IMG/VR virus record: IMGVR_UViG_3300027770_002684
Location: 1 to 53,524 of that record
DNA length: 53,524 nucleotides
From: a virus
Lineage: Duplodnaviria > Caudoviricetes
Reading direction: 5' to 3' (one strand)
This document shows, one piece after another, positions 21,062-31,588 of the stretch. Numbering within the stretch: position 1 is the first letter of the stretch; each line of letters opens with the position of its first letter. The notes under the pieces are model-generated. The model did not search any database. It was not told the DNA's origin and was given only the letters and a program-made list of their open reading frames with translations. Position numbers and translations under genes: made by a program.

Positions 21062-22069
21062 CTATAAGGGCTGGAATTTAAATTTAGGCTCTTGTAAATC
21101 CATAAGACATGTACACCATTGAGATGTACATGTCACATCATCATTAACAAATCCAAAATCATCGTCGTTAATGTTTCCAATAATACCCCCAACTCTACAT
21201 ACTCCTCGATAGATTAATTCGTGCTGTATTGTAATAAGATCGCGCCCGATTGAACATTTCCAGCCCTTATAGTTATTCCTCTTGTGTTCTACAATCTCAT
21301 AAACACTTTCAGTATTAGCACTGCCGTCGTCGTATTCAACATTCATCTTGGTTCCATATTGTGAAGACATTGGTATAAATGCCATCTTTTTTGTTGATCG
21401 AAGTTTACCAGGTCTAGAAATGTTTTCTAATAACAACTTGGTTTGTTCAGGTGTGTATTGTGCAATCTCTCTAGGACTAAACGAACCGTTGGTATAGTAG
21501 AATATTGCCTTTAAACTAGAGATAGCCCCTGTATTTTCTAAGAACAGTTGATGTCGTCTGTTGCCTTCTTCAAGTAATGTTATGGGAGCAGTGACTTGAA
21601 TGCGAACATCTGTGGCAGTATCATGAAACATATTGGCTACATCTATTGTATGCTGTTCGTCTTTATCTTGTTCTGTATGATGCGTTAGGAATAAAATGTC
21701 TAACACATTCATTTCTGCTAATTCTTTCCACCATCTCAGTGTTCTACTACCGTTGCTAATTATAGCAACCTTATGACCGTTCTCTCTAATAAATGCAAGT
21801 AATTCAGGAAGCCTTGGATATAGTGTTGGCTCTCCGCCAGTAATTTGAAACCAAATGAACTTATTTTCTTTTTCTGCCTGCACCATTAATTTTTTAGATA
21901 CTTGTTTATACTTGTCAATTGAATGCCATCTTTCGGTACCTATTTTGTTTTCATCTCCACAAAATGAGCAATCGAAATTACATACATTATGAATCTTCCA
22001 TTCTACTGTTTTGTATTTTCTTGGAATCGCTCTTTTTATTTTAATTGGGATTACTTTTTTATTGGTCAT
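21062..22069 (-). CDS. Radical SAM protein with C-terminal Cys-rich (twitch/SPASM-like) domain
   Basis: CNFDCSFC, ITGGEP, SNG; WKCSIG...YRGVC...C....CTC. Confidence 0.9.
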   Translation of the reverse strand: MTNKKVIPIKIKRAIPRKYKTVEWKIHNVCNFDCSFCGDENKIGTERWHSIDKYKQVSKKLMVQAEKENKFIWFQITGGEPTLYPRLPELLAFIRENGHKVAIISNGSRTLRWWKELAEMNVLDILFLTHHTEQDKDEQHTIDVANMFHDTATDVRIQVTAPITLLEEGNRRHQLFLENTGAISSLKAIFYYTNGSFSPREIAQYTPEQTKLLLENISRPGKLRSTKKMAFIPMSSQYGTKMNVEYDDGSANTESVYEIVEHKRNNYKGWKCSIGRDLITIQHELIYRGVCRVGGIIGNINDDDFGFVNDDVTCTSQWCTCLMDLQEPKFKFQPL

Positions 22070-22143
22070 CAATCATTCCTATTATGTAGGTATTTATTAT
22101 ATGGATAAGACACGTTAATAAATATTTACGGAGAAACAGATAC

Positions 22144-22767
22144 ATGTTATATCAATTGAATTTGCCCCCGTTACCTGACAATATTATTAATGAAGTTCTA
22201 GAATATTCAAAACAAACTCTACGTGCCCTTGACTTATTTTCTAAAAATCATTATGCATCTAACATAGGGTATAAAGGTCTTTACGATTCTGAAAATATTG
22301 TTTCGAGACATTTAACTAACACCCACTTTAAGAGTATTGGATTGCAAAAATGGTTTCAAGAGTTATTGCCTATAGTCTGGTACGAAGAACTTTTTATTAT
22401 GAAAAATGAAGGAAATGGTCCGGCAATATTCCCACCTCATACTAATAAGGAAAGAAGAGTTGCAATAAACTATGTGTTTGCCACTGGCGGAGACAAAGTA
22501 ATTACATCAACATTTATGGGCCCCGAAGATGCCAATATTAGTAGGTCAAGATATTATCACGAAGACGATTTAGAAATTGATAGTGAAAATATCCTACCTG
22601 TTAATAGCTGGTATATTTTTAACGCTCAGAAACCGCATTCTGTTAAGAACATAGAATCTATTAGAATATTATTAGTGCTAAGTACTAAAGATAATTTAAC
22701 TCTTGAAAATTTTATCAAAAAATATCCAGAATTATTAAAATTAGATATTAATAATCATTCCTGTTAA
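22144..22767 (+). CDS. Fe/2OG oxygenase-like
   Basis: PPHTN, AINY, PHSV.N....R. Confidence 0.65.
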   Translation: MLYQLNLPPLPDNIINEVLEYSKQTLRALDLFSKNHYASNIGYKGLYDSENIVSRHLTNTHFKSIGLQKWFQELLPIVWYEELFIMKNEGNGPAIFPPHTNKERRVAINYVFATGGDKVITSTFMGPEDANISRSRYYHEDDLEIDSENILPVNSWYIFNAQKPHSVKNIESIRILLVLSTKDNLTLENFIKKYPELLKLDINNHSC

Positions 22768-22788
22768 ATACGCAACCATAAATATACG

Positions 22789-23313
22789 ATGCCAAAATTC
22801 TATCAACCTTTAGATCTTATAAAATTTCCATTTGCTGATTATAGAAAAGAAAAACAATATTATTCAAGTCCAGTAAGTAACTTGGGGGAAGAGTTTATAA
22901 ATTTCCTTGCTACGAAAGAATTAATAGTAAATTATATTTTAGTAATATGGAGACCTCCAGGTGGCGTCTTACTTGTTCACAGCGATGGACAAGACTATAA
23001 TCCAAATTGGGCAAGGCTTAATTATATCCATGGCGGTCCAGGAACAGTGTCTTGGTGGCTCCCAAATGATGAAAGATACGTTCCAGAAATGAGCGGCATA
23101 TACCACCATGCTAAACGGTGGCCTATGGATAAAATCTATAAAGCAGAAGAAACAGACTTACAAGGTTTTAATATTATGAATGTAGGAACTCCTCATGGTG
23201 TTAATAATGTGCAGAATGATAGGTGGGCAGTTAGTTTGAGTTTGATTTATAATAATACAGAATATACATCTTTCTCTCAGTTATCTAATATTTTTTCAGA
23301 CCATGCAAGATAA
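22789..23313 (+). CDS. Fe/2OG oxygenase-like
   Basis: VHSD, RLNY, PHGV.N....R. Confidence 0.7.
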   Translation: MPKFYQPLDLIKFPFADYRKEKQYYSSPVSNLGEEFINFLATKELIVNYILVIWRPPGGVLLVHSDGQDYNPNWARLNYIHGGPGTVSWWLPNDERYVPEMSGIYHHAKRWPMDKIYKAEETDLQGFNIMNVGTPHGVNNVQNDRWAVSLSLIYNNTEYTSFSQLSNIFSDHAR

Positions 23314-23328
23314 AATTACTCTAACCTA

Positions 23329-23886
23329 ATGGTACCATCTACATATTATTGCAAATCTGTTACTATTAAGACACACTCTAGTGTTATTGATTATATTTTT
23401 AATCAGTATAGCCGTATCATTGAACATAAGGAAGATAGCTTCCCTATAAATTTAAGTAATAATGATATAGAAGAATTAAATACACTTTTAAAAGAAAACA
23501 CGTCGGTCTGGTTTCAAGATCCTTCAATTAAATTAATAAGCGGACTACTGTTCTTTTTACAACCGTATGAAAATCAACCAATTCATATAGATGCCCAAAC
23601 TAAACACAGTATGCATACCTCATTAAATATTCCGCTAGTAAACTGCGAAAGAGGCGTAATGAGTTGGTACTCTGGTAATTATTTTGAAGAAGAAATAATA
23701 TTAGATAGCGGCATCCGTTACTTTAAATTAAAAATTGAAGACCAAAAAATTTTATATAATCAGATAATTGATTCTCCTTATGTTGTTAGAACTAACATAC
23801 CACATAATGTGCAAAACAATTTAGATAAAAAAAGAATCATGTTGGCACTCCGATATAATAAAAACATACCAGAATTAGTAATATAA
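23329..23886 (+). CDS. Fe/2OG oxygenase-like
   Basis: IHID, LNIPL, PHNV.N.....R. Confidence 0.7.
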   Translation: MVPSTYYCKSVTIKTHSSVIDYIFNQYSRIIEHKEDSFPINLSNNDIEELNTLLKENTSVWFQDPSIKLISGLLFFLQPYENQPIHIDAQTKHSMHTSLNIPLVNCERGVMSWYSGNYFEEEIILDSGIRYFKLKIEDQKILYNQIIDSPYVVRTNIPHNVQNNLDKKRIMLALRYNKNIPELVI

Positions 23887-23972
23887 TATGAACGATATAA
23901 AAAAAGTATATCAAAATATAAAGATCAATCTTTCATAGATGATTCTTATACTACTAACAACTACTGCTACTT

Positions 23973-25406
23973 ATGAACGTTATTTTTCTTAACAGTATTA
24001 TCATTAAAGAAATTCCTATGCGACCTTACGGACCGTATCTGCTAAGGCATCATCTAGAAAAGAGAGGATACACTGCACAAGTAATTGATTTTTGTTATTA
24101 TTTTTCTGAAGATGAGATTGTATCGTTTGTTACAAAATTTGTAAATGATAATACAATTTGCTTAGGTGTATCTACTACATTCTTAATGGCTAAAAATTTA
24201 CAAGAAAAAATCTGTAAGGTAGTTGCAAGGATAAAAGAAAAATTTCCATACTTAAAAATATTACTCGGTGGCCCTAATGCTCATAGAGTTACTGGAGATA
24301 TTCCTAGTGCAGAATATGTATGTATAGGAGATTGCGAAGATCTTCTTCCTGATTTATTAGATCATTGGATAAAAGGCACCCCGGAACCCTTTGGACAGTA
24401 TGATATTTCAACTAAAAGAAAATTTTATAAGGCTCCACTTAATAAAACTTTTAATATTGAACAATCAAACTTTACATGGAGCTATCGAGATTGTATTGTT
24501 CCTGGAGAATCTTTGCCATTAGAAACATCAAGAGGTTGTATCTTTAAATGTAAGTTTTGTGCATACCCGCTGTTAGGAAAAAAGAAATTTGATTATTTAA
24601 GAAGTGTCGAAATGATACGCCAGGAAATGATTAAAAACTTTGAAGAATTTGGTGTAAACAGTTATTACATGTTAGATGACACATTTAATGATAGTGAATT
24701 TAAAATAGATGCATTCTGCGAAATGGTCAAGACCTTACCGTTTGCCATTAACTTTACTGCATATATACGCATGGATTTATTAGCACGATTTGAAGGACAA
24801 GCAGAAAAATTAAAAAATGCAGGAATGCGAGCTGCTTTTTTTGGAATAGAAACATTTCATATTGAGGCAAGCAATGCAATTGGCAAAGGATGGCATGGTA
24901 AAAATGCCAAAGCATACTTAGAAGATCTTTTAAATAAGATCTGGAAAGATGATGTTTATATCACTGCTAGTTTTATTGCAGGATTGCCATTTGAAGATAA
25001 AGATAGTATAGAAAACACCCTAGAATATCTTCGCAGAGAAAAAAGAATTAACGCCCTTATGTGGCCTCTACAGATACATAAAACATCTGATCAGTGGGCC
25101 TATCATAGCGAATTTGAAAAAAATATTGATCAATATGGTTATACAATTAACAACGACGGTACATGGTATAACAACTTATGGACATCATCAGAAGTAACCA
25201 AAATATCGAGAGATTGGTTTCAAAGTGATCACAGAGGTAGTAGTTGGGATTTTAGTTGTTGGGACTATATAGGTCTGTTAGGTTTAGGATACACTCAACA
25301 ACAGATTGAGTCTGCTAAAATTAATAAATCAGTATTAATTGATTTTGTCGAACGGAAATCTAAATTTCTAATGTTTTATAAAGAAAAATTAATCAATTTG
25401 TCGTAA
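23973..25406 (+). CDS. B12-binding-domain radical SAM protein
   Basis: N-terminal Rossmann-like part (LGVSTTF, LLGGP, GDCE); ETSRGCIFKCKFC; DDTF; GIET; FIAGLP. Confidence 0.88.
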   Translation: MNVIFLNSIIIKEIPMRPYGPYLLRHHLEKRGYTAQVIDFCYYFSEDEIVSFVTKFVNDNTICLGVSTTFLMAKNLQEKICKVVARIKEKFPYLKILLGGPNAHRVTGDIPSAEYVCIGDCEDLLPDLLDHWIKGTPEPFGQYDISTKRKFYKAPLNKTFNIEQSNFTWSYRDCIVPGESLPLETSRGCIFKCKFCAYPLLGKKKFDYLRSVEMIRQEMIKNFEEFGVNSYYMLDDTFNDSEFKIDAFCEMVKTLPFAINFTAYIRMDLLARFEGQAEKLKNAGMRAAFFGIETFHIEASNAIGKGWHGKNAKAYLEDLLNKIWKDDVYITASFIAGLPFEDKDSIENTLEYLRREKRINALMWPLQIHKTSDQWAYHSEFEKNIDQYGYTINNDGTWYNNLWTSSEVTKISRDWFQSDHRGSSWDFSCWDYIGLLGLGYTQQQIESAKINKSVLIDFVERKSKFLMFYKEKLINLS

Positions 25407-25433
25407 GATGTTTCTCTTAAAGAAGCATTTAAA

Positions 25434-26018
25434 TTATAATTTTCCTAAAATCACTGCAACTAAATGAATCCTTGAATTCTTACTGCCATTGAATGCTGTA
25501 TGTTTTTTTGTGGTATCGGTCATGTACCATTTATTATATTCTAAATGCATCACTTCATCCTCAATTACCATAAAACAGCCACTATGCGTTGATAATGGAT
25601 AATGTAATCTGCCACTATTATCATTATGCCAACTTAAACAAGTATTCGGATCTGATTTCATTATTCTAACTCTACCTAATATGTATTGTTGATTCAGCAT
25701 ATTATATATAGTTTCAAAAACAGTTCCTTTAAATTGATCGCATAGTACTGTAAATTCTGATTCAGTTAATTGATTTATTTTTTTGGAAACTTTAATTTTA
25801 GTAATGGTGTTACTAACTGACTGAGTATTACTATTTTCCCAATCAAGTGTTAAACTACCTGCTCCTAACAAGAAGTTGTCACCGTGCTCAGGTAATGAAT
25901 TTAAACAAATTTGATTACGAGTACCCCAATTTAGTTTGTTTAAACTTAATAATTTACTAAGTTCTACTAAAGGCTCGTAATTATATCTAGGTAAATCTAA
26001 CTCAATAAAATTTTTCAT
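25434..26018 (-). CDS. AspH-like Fe/2OG oxygenase
   Basis: GRVRIM, WHND, RLHYPL, HTAFN.S...RIHLV. Confidence 0.8.
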   Translation of the reverse strand: MKNFIELDLPRYNYEPLVELSKLLSLNKLNWGTRNQICLNSLPEHGDNFLLGAGSLTLDWENSNTQSVSNTITKIKVSKKINQLTESEFTVLCDQFKGTVFETIYNMLNQQYILGRVRIMKSDPNTCLSWHNDNSGRLHYPLSTHSGCFMVIEDEVMHLEYNKWYMTDTTKKHTAFNGSKNSRIHLVAVILGKL

Positions 26019-26854
26019 TATATATAATTTAAATCTAAATCATTTTGAATACTATCTTTTAAAAAATCAGTTATACAAATTTTATCATTGTTTTTATCAA
26101 AAGCCCACATCCATATGTCGGCAGGAGTAAGATTATTTTTTAAACAATACTCAAGTTGATGTTTTTTTGCATATTGAGTAATATAGGTTGGTTTAAATTT
26201 AGATAGTATTGTTGTTGCACATCTAACTGCCGGGAGATTGAAATAATTGTAATTATAATGAGTACTGATGGGCACAGTAAGAGTTTTTGCAAGGTCGTCT
26301 CCAAATACTATTCCCGACCTCCAACCTGCTAGGAGAAAGTTCTTACTTAAACTAAATGCCACTGCATCAAACACTGAGTCTGATGTATCTAATGTATCGA
26401 ATGTTGTTCCATAAAACGCACAGTCTAAGAAAATTTTGGTATTGTTTTTTCTACAATGTGATTTTAGACTTTCAAACCAAGGAGTGATATTGCCTTCGTG
26501 ATTTGGTTGACTCACTATCACGTAACTGTTACTTTTTATGCTGTCTATGTCGCTTGGCGATATAATTTTATAATTATATGATTGTAACATTGTAGGGTAA
26601 AATTTGTAATCAGTGTCAAATATATAAAATGTGTCAATATACTTAGATTTGTAAGATATCTGATTTATAATTGCATCATGTATTCCATTACAAACTGCCC
26701 ACTCTTTTTTAGTTTCACACCCTTTGAAATCTTTTATCCAATTTTTCCACAGAATCCTGTATTCTATTAAATCAGAAATGTCGCCTTTGTTTCTAATTTT
26801 TATTTTTGATAATTCTTTTTGAATTTGTGTTGGGCAAAAGCTCCATACGGACAT
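26018..26854 (-). CDS. PLP-dependent fold-type I enzyme (aminotransferase-like)
   Basis: SQPN, FLDCAF, FSLSKNF...GWRSG. Confidence 0.75.
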   Translation of the reverse strand: MSVWSFCPTQIQKELSKIKIRNKGDISDLIEYRILWKNWIKDFKGCETKKEWAVCNGIHDAIINQISYKSKYIDTFYIFDTDYKFYPTMLQSYNYKIISPSDIDSIKSNSYVIVSQPNHEGNITPWFESLKSHCRKNNTKIFLDCAFYGTTFDTLDTSDSVFDAVAFSLSKNFLLAGWRSGIVFGDDLAKTLTVPISTHYNYNYFNLPAVRCATTILSKFKPTYITQYAKKHQLEYCLKNNLTPADIWMWAFDKNNDKICITDFLKDSIQNDLDLNYI

Positions 26855-26925
26855 AATATTTTACATTCCTAATGAACTATTTATGTTCATTAACCACTAA
26901 TATAAATATATAAAAGGAAACATTC

Positions 26926-27486
26926 ATGTTTGAATTACATCAGTCTACTAATTCCGAAGGTAGTTTAGCCGAAGTATGGATAGATAAAAAATCTAAAATT
27001 TGTAAAAAATATTACAAACCTAATGGTATAACTGTTAGTGGCAAGTCTAATGAATATGATTCAATGAGAATAGTTACTAAATTATTTAATAATGAAATAT
27101 ATTGGACAACTAAATTAAAATCTGATCTCATATTAGAAACTTATGAATATGGGAAATTAGATAACAATGAAGGCTTTTATATATTACAAGAATATGTAGG
27201 GACTGACTTATTAACTTATTACAAAAATGAAACTCTACATCAATTGTTTCCTAACATAATTGAACAAGTAGAGGAAATTTTTAAATTATTTCAAATAAAC
27301 GGAATCTACAAAATAAATAATGCTCTAAGTAATATGACAGGTATGAATGGTAAAATTAAAGCCTTTGATTTTAAATATGCAGAACATCGCACTTATAAAA
27401 ACAAAGATAAAGAGATTAACAGTATTGAACAATGGCTTTCTAAAATAGATCCTACAATGAAACATAGACTAATGAAATATCTTTAG
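26926..27486 (+). CDS. Protein-kinase-like fold protein, atypical catalytic loop
   Basis: GSLAEVW, CKKYY, NEI, ILQEYVG, SNM, IKAFDF. Confidence 0.65.
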   Translation: MFELHQSTNSEGSLAEVWIDKKSKICKKYYKPNGITVSGKSNEYDSMRIVTKLFNNEIYWTTKLKSDLILETYEYGKLDNNEGFYILQEYVGTDLLTYYKNETLHQLFPNIIEQVEEIFKLFQINGIYKINNALSNMTGMNGKIKAFDFKYAEHRTYKNKDKEINSIEQWLSKIDPTMKHRLMKYL

Positions 27487-27487
27487 T

Positions 27488-28066
27488 TTATTTTATTCCA
27501 ATTAACATAAATCTTGTAAATTTCCAGTCAGGATATACAAATTCAAGTTCTCCCTTGTACAAAGTTTTATTTGTTTGATACATGTGGCAGAAATCATCTA
27601 ATGATTCGGAATATACAACATGATCATCGTGCTTCATATTATTACCTTGAATTGCAACATATGTACCTTTAGGAATATTATGCCACCAATCCATTGAATC
27701 AAAATGCTCTGTACTAGTATTAATTATTAAATCCGGTTTACCTAGAATAGGATTTAAAGTAGAGCAGTCAGCGGTGTGGGCCTTAAACTGCCACTCCTGA
27801 TAAACCCAATTTTCATTAATCATATCAGCGACTGATTCACATTCGAGATCTACATCATAACTCCGTATGGTTGATATATTAATATTGCCACGAGATTTTA
27901 ATAAGAATGCAGTAGTGGCGTACCAACCACCGTATATCCATATGGAATCAATTTTATCAAACAGGTTTTCTAATTGTTCGCATAACCAAATTTTGCTACC
28001 AATTTGTCCGCTACTAAATGCATCTTTTAAATTATTGTTAAGTTGATTCACAATATTATAATTCAC
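27488..28066 (-). CDS. SAM-dependent methyltransferase-like
   Basis: SKIWL, IYGGWY, SYDVD, INTSTEH, RFMLIG. Confidence 0.72.
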   Translation of the reverse strand: MNYNIVNQLNNNLKDAFSSGQIGSKIWLCEQLENLFDKIDSIWIYGGWYATTAFLLKSRGNINISTIRSYDVDLECESVADMINENWVYQEWQFKAHTADCSTLNPILGKPDLIINTSTEHFDSMDWWHNIPKGTYVAIQGNNMKHDDHVVYSESLDDFCHMYQTNKTLYKGELEFVYPDWKFTRFMLIGIK

Positions 28067-29312
28067 TAATTGCTTTTCTTATACATTTCATTTCTGGAAT
28101 AACAGCAAATGTATCTTCATTACGCAACTCATCTAATTGTTTGGTTGTATTTAAGAAACGTTTAGCAGAATTGATATCCCAGGGCTTGGTTAGTTCGTGT
28201 AAAATGTGTTTGAATATATTATCAAGATTAGTGTTATATTTTTCATTGTATGCAGTAATGAACCTTGTTAATTTTTCAATAGTTTCTTTTCTATAATCAT
28301 CGGGTAATATACTTACATGATACATTGCAGGTTGTTCTAATAAATTAATAAAAAAGTTATTATAATTTAACAGGTAATATTTATTATGCCTAATGACTCC
28401 AACACTGACCAGATGTTCAATAATTTCTGGTAATCTATTAACATTCCAGGCTCCGATAGTCATACCGGGTCTTAAAATAATATTGTTATGTTTTGATAGT
28501 TCTTTTAGGTTTTCCTCGACTTTACTCCATACTGTTCCGCTACGAATCAATTCTGCTCTAGGTCCTATTTCATCAATACTAGGCCAAACTTCAAGTTTTC
28601 CAAAATTCCACTGTTTCCAATAATCAATAATATTTTTCTTTCCATATGTTAACACACTACAGTTTGTATTGTAACTAAGTTTAACATCAAATCGTTTATT
28701 TTCTACTAGCATATTGAGAATTTGCCAATGCTCGGGCATCAATAACGGTTCTCCACCTGCAAAATAAATTCGTTTCACGGAATTAATCTGCTCTTTTAGA
28801 AAGTCGAAATTAGTTTGATCACCTACTGATTCAATATTCCATACTTTCTCTTGATCAGTATATCCTAATTTTTTAGCGTCAGGTACCCATGTAGAACTAT
28901 AATCAGGTCCACAACTTCTACATTTAAAATTACAAAGATTACTAAATCGAAAGTCCCAATACTTTAATTTCATTTCTGTACAGGTTCCATCCTCGAGCGT
29001 TATCTCGGGTATTTTTTTAATAACATCTATAAAATCTCTGTTATGATAGGTACGGCCGCTTTCTCCTGTGATTTTTTCTCTATTAAAACATTTATTACAT
29101 ATCTTTGGCTCGATACCGTTAATCATGTCCTTACGTAACTGTTTCATTTTATCACTGTTCCAAATTTCAATCACGGTCTCTGTTTTTAGGTCGCCAACAT
29201 AATGATTGTGAGTCGAAGTTAAGCAGCATGGGATTACTTTACCATTGGGCTCAAAAGCCAGATGTGTCCATGGCAACGCACATATGGTATCTGTATTTTT
29301 TAATTTCGTCAT
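28056..29312 (-). CDS. Radical SAM protein with N-terminal twitch/SPASM-like domain
   Basis: CALPW...PCC...C..C; CNFKCRSC; FAGGEP. Confidence 0.9.
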   Translation of the reverse strand: MTKLKNTDTICALPWTHLAFEPNGKVIPCCLTSTHNHYVGDLKTETVIEIWNSDKMKQLRKDMINGIEPKICNKCFNREKITGESGRTYHNRDFIDVIKKIPEITLEDGTCTEMKLKYWDFRFSNLCNFKCRSCGPDYSSTWVPDAKKLGYTDQEKVWNIESVGDQTNFDFLKEQINSVKRIYFAGGEPLLMPEHWQILNMLVENKRFDVKLSYNTNCSVLTYGKKNIIDYWKQWNFGKLEVWPSIDEIGPRAELIRSGTVWSKVEENLKELSKHNNIILRPGMTIGAWNVNRLPEIIEHLVSVGVIRHNKYYLLNYNNFFINLLEQPAMYHVSILPDDYRKETIEKLTRFITAYNEKYNTNLDNIFKHILHELTKPWDINSAKRFLNTTKQLDELRNEDTFAVIPEMKCIRKAISEL

Positions 29313-29318
29313 ATTATT

Positions 29319-30362
29319 TTAATCTAATTGTGTATTGTTATTGACTTCTAACATCCAGTCAATTTCTTCTTGGGTATAGATCATTATTTTGTTTGTTTTA
29401 ATATCATGGAGAAGATCTGCTGTGACGTTTTTAGTTATGTTTCTGCAATCATTATATAGACGTTTAGCAAAATCCAGTTTACCTGGTTGCATCATAATTT
29501 TGACACTTAACCAGTTGATTTTATCAGAGTTACCGGCATAAGCACTTGCCAGATTTTTTATAAATTTGTTGTACATCGTGGAATTTTCTAAATAAGTCAG
29601 ATGTGCTGAAAATCCAATGTCACTTACCTGTGCGAGTTCGTGATAATAGGTTTCGTTATGTGTTCCGTTGGTTGTTGTATGAACAATATGGAATAAATCA
29701 TTACGTAAATGTTTTACAAACTCCAGGTAATTAGGATTAAAAGTAGGTTCGCCACCTGTAAACACAAACTTCATTTTTTGTCCATTACTCCAGTATCTTG
29801 TTAAACTGTATAATCCATGCATTAAAGAGCCCAATGATTTATGAGACTCGTAGTTATTATGGCTCGATGGAGCACAATACCAACATTCGTAATTACATCG
29901 TCTACCAAGTTCCCATATCACTAATTTATAATGTTTCACCACTCCACAAAATATAGTATCATGATCGGTTATATTTTCTACCAGATTATGATTTGAATAG
30001 TCTATCTCCTTCATAGAATTTAACGTGACAATATCTGTTTGTTCTAAATTCTTCACTTTAGGAGTTTGCATATCAGATGCACATAGACAAGAATTCTTTT
30101 TACATTGAATCCAATCTCTCGGTCCTCCGTTGTCTGAAAAATAAGAAGCATATATACTACCGATAATACCGCCTTCTCGACAGGTTCCTCGATAAACTAA
30201 TCCATCATGCTGTATGTATAAAGATCTAAGCCCAACTGAACACCACCAATCTTTCCAATTATTAAGATGTAAGGAATGTAATTTATCTGCATCGTAAACT
30301 GCGATTTCTTTTTTATTTAAAAAAAGTATTTTTTGTTCATCTATTTTTGTTAAGTCGGCCAT
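29319..30362 (-). CDS. Radical SAM protein with N-terminal Cys-rich domain
   Basis: WWCSVG...YRGTC...C....CLC; CNYECWYC; FTGGEP; TTNG. Confidence 0.9.
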   Translation of the reverse strand: MADLTKIDEQKILFLNKKEIAVYDADKLHSLHLNNWKDWWCSVGLRSLYIQHDGLVYRGTCREGGIIGSIYASYFSDNGGPRDWIQCKKNSCLCASDMQTPKVKNLEQTDIVTLNSMKEIDYSNHNLVENITDHDTIFCGVVKHYKLVIWELGRRCNYECWYCAPSSHNNYESHKSLGSLMHGLYSLTRYWSNGQKMKFVFTGGEPTFNPNYLEFVKHLRNDLFHIVHTTTNGTHNETYYHELAQVSDIGFSAHLTYLENSTMYNKFIKNLASAYAGNSDKINWLSVKIMMQPGKLDFAKRLYNDCRNITKNVTADLLHDIKTNKIMIYTQEEIDWMLEVNNNTQLD

Positions 30363-30375
30363 TGGTATATTTTCC

Positions 30376-31542
30376 TTAACAATTATTAAATTTCTCTTTT
30401 AACCAATCTCTATTGTTAATAAGATTAATTGTATCTGGATCATTGATATGTTGCCTTACCCATTTTTCGGCAATATGTGCTGCATCTATAGCATATTGTG
30501 CAAATGGTTGATCGCTTGATTTCATCCATCCTTCTAATCGATCTTGATTTTCTTTATTATCCGGATCTTGATGTATATTGTAACATAACTTCGCACACTC
30601 TCTGAATGCACTTCTCCATGTAGAATACTCATCTGTGTTGAATGCTGTGATATTACTAATCGTATTGACTACTTTGAGATTACTTCCAATTGTGGTCGAC
30701 ATATCTAAAGTTGTCCAACTGGTCGCATCCTCTATTACCTGTTTAGAAAATAACTTGACTCCACCATACCCATAAACTAATCCATTGATAGGATTTTGTG
30801 CTCTCCATATATGTGTACAGTCTCTATCAAATATGCCCGGCTGGTAATCAAAATTAAAATCATCTACTAACCATGCGTCGCCATCTACTACATAGAACAT
30901 GTCTGTGGTAGATAATTTGGCTGCTGCTTGGTGTGCATTGAATATGCCCGCGACTCCGTCTACCCGCTTGGCCCACGGTGCTTTCTCTAATACTCGTTGC
31001 CAATTTTCTTCCGCATTGGATTCGTGATAACTGATGAATACTACATCGAGATGTTGGGGCAATGCAGGAGTTAACTCTCCCATATCCTTTACACCTTTAG
31101 ATACCTTATTCTCTGCTGAACATTTGAATGCCCAAACATCTTGATCCTTGACATACCATACTAATTCGTAAAATGTATCCCAAAGGTCAGGAACAAATGT
31201 CAATGTGGGATCATTCTCAAACTCAACAGATAGGGATATGTTTGGATTCCTCTCCCATTTTAATATTGGTATATCGATATTGTAATAGGATCCAATCTCC
31301 CAATTTTTAGGAAATAGTTTGGCTACCCATTTGTTTTTGTAATTCCAAACAATACAACAGGTTGTTTCTTCATCGTAATCTGAATAATTAAAAAGATTAA
31401 TATCTTCTTCGGAAAAATTAAAATTTATTGCTAAGAATTGATCATGCTGGCCTCTATCCAGAGCATGTAAGGCCCAATCATATCCAATGGAATCACCTTT
31501 CCATTTTACTCGTTTAACTTGTTCGTAAGGTATTGTATGCAT
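30376..31542 (-). CDS. Glycosyltransferase-like (GT-A fold C-terminal domain)
   Basis: DVVFISY.E, AH.AAA, FYVVDGD (DxD). Confidence 0.65.
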   Translation of the reverse strand: MHTIPYEQVKRVKWKGDSIGYDWALHALDRGQHDQFLAINFNFSEEDINLFNYSDYDEETTCCIVWNYKNKWVAKLFPKNWEIGSYYNIDIPILKWERNPNISLSVEFENDPTLTFVPDLWDTFYELVWYVKDQDVWAFKCSAENKVSKGVKDMGELTPALPQHLDVVFISYHESNAEENWQRVLEKAPWAKRVDGVAGIFNAHQAAAKLSTTDMFYVVDGDAWLVDDFNFDYQPGIFDRDCTHIWRAQNPINGLVYGYGGVKLFSKQVIEDATSWTTLDMSTTIGSNLKVVNTISNITAFNTDEYSTWRSAFRECAKLCYNIHQDPDNKENQDRLEGWMKSSDQPFAQYAIDAAHIAEKWVRQHINDPDTINLINNRDWLKEKFNNC

Positions 31543-31588
31543 AATACAGTAATTATGCTACAATTACAACAATAAATCAAGTCTTGAG

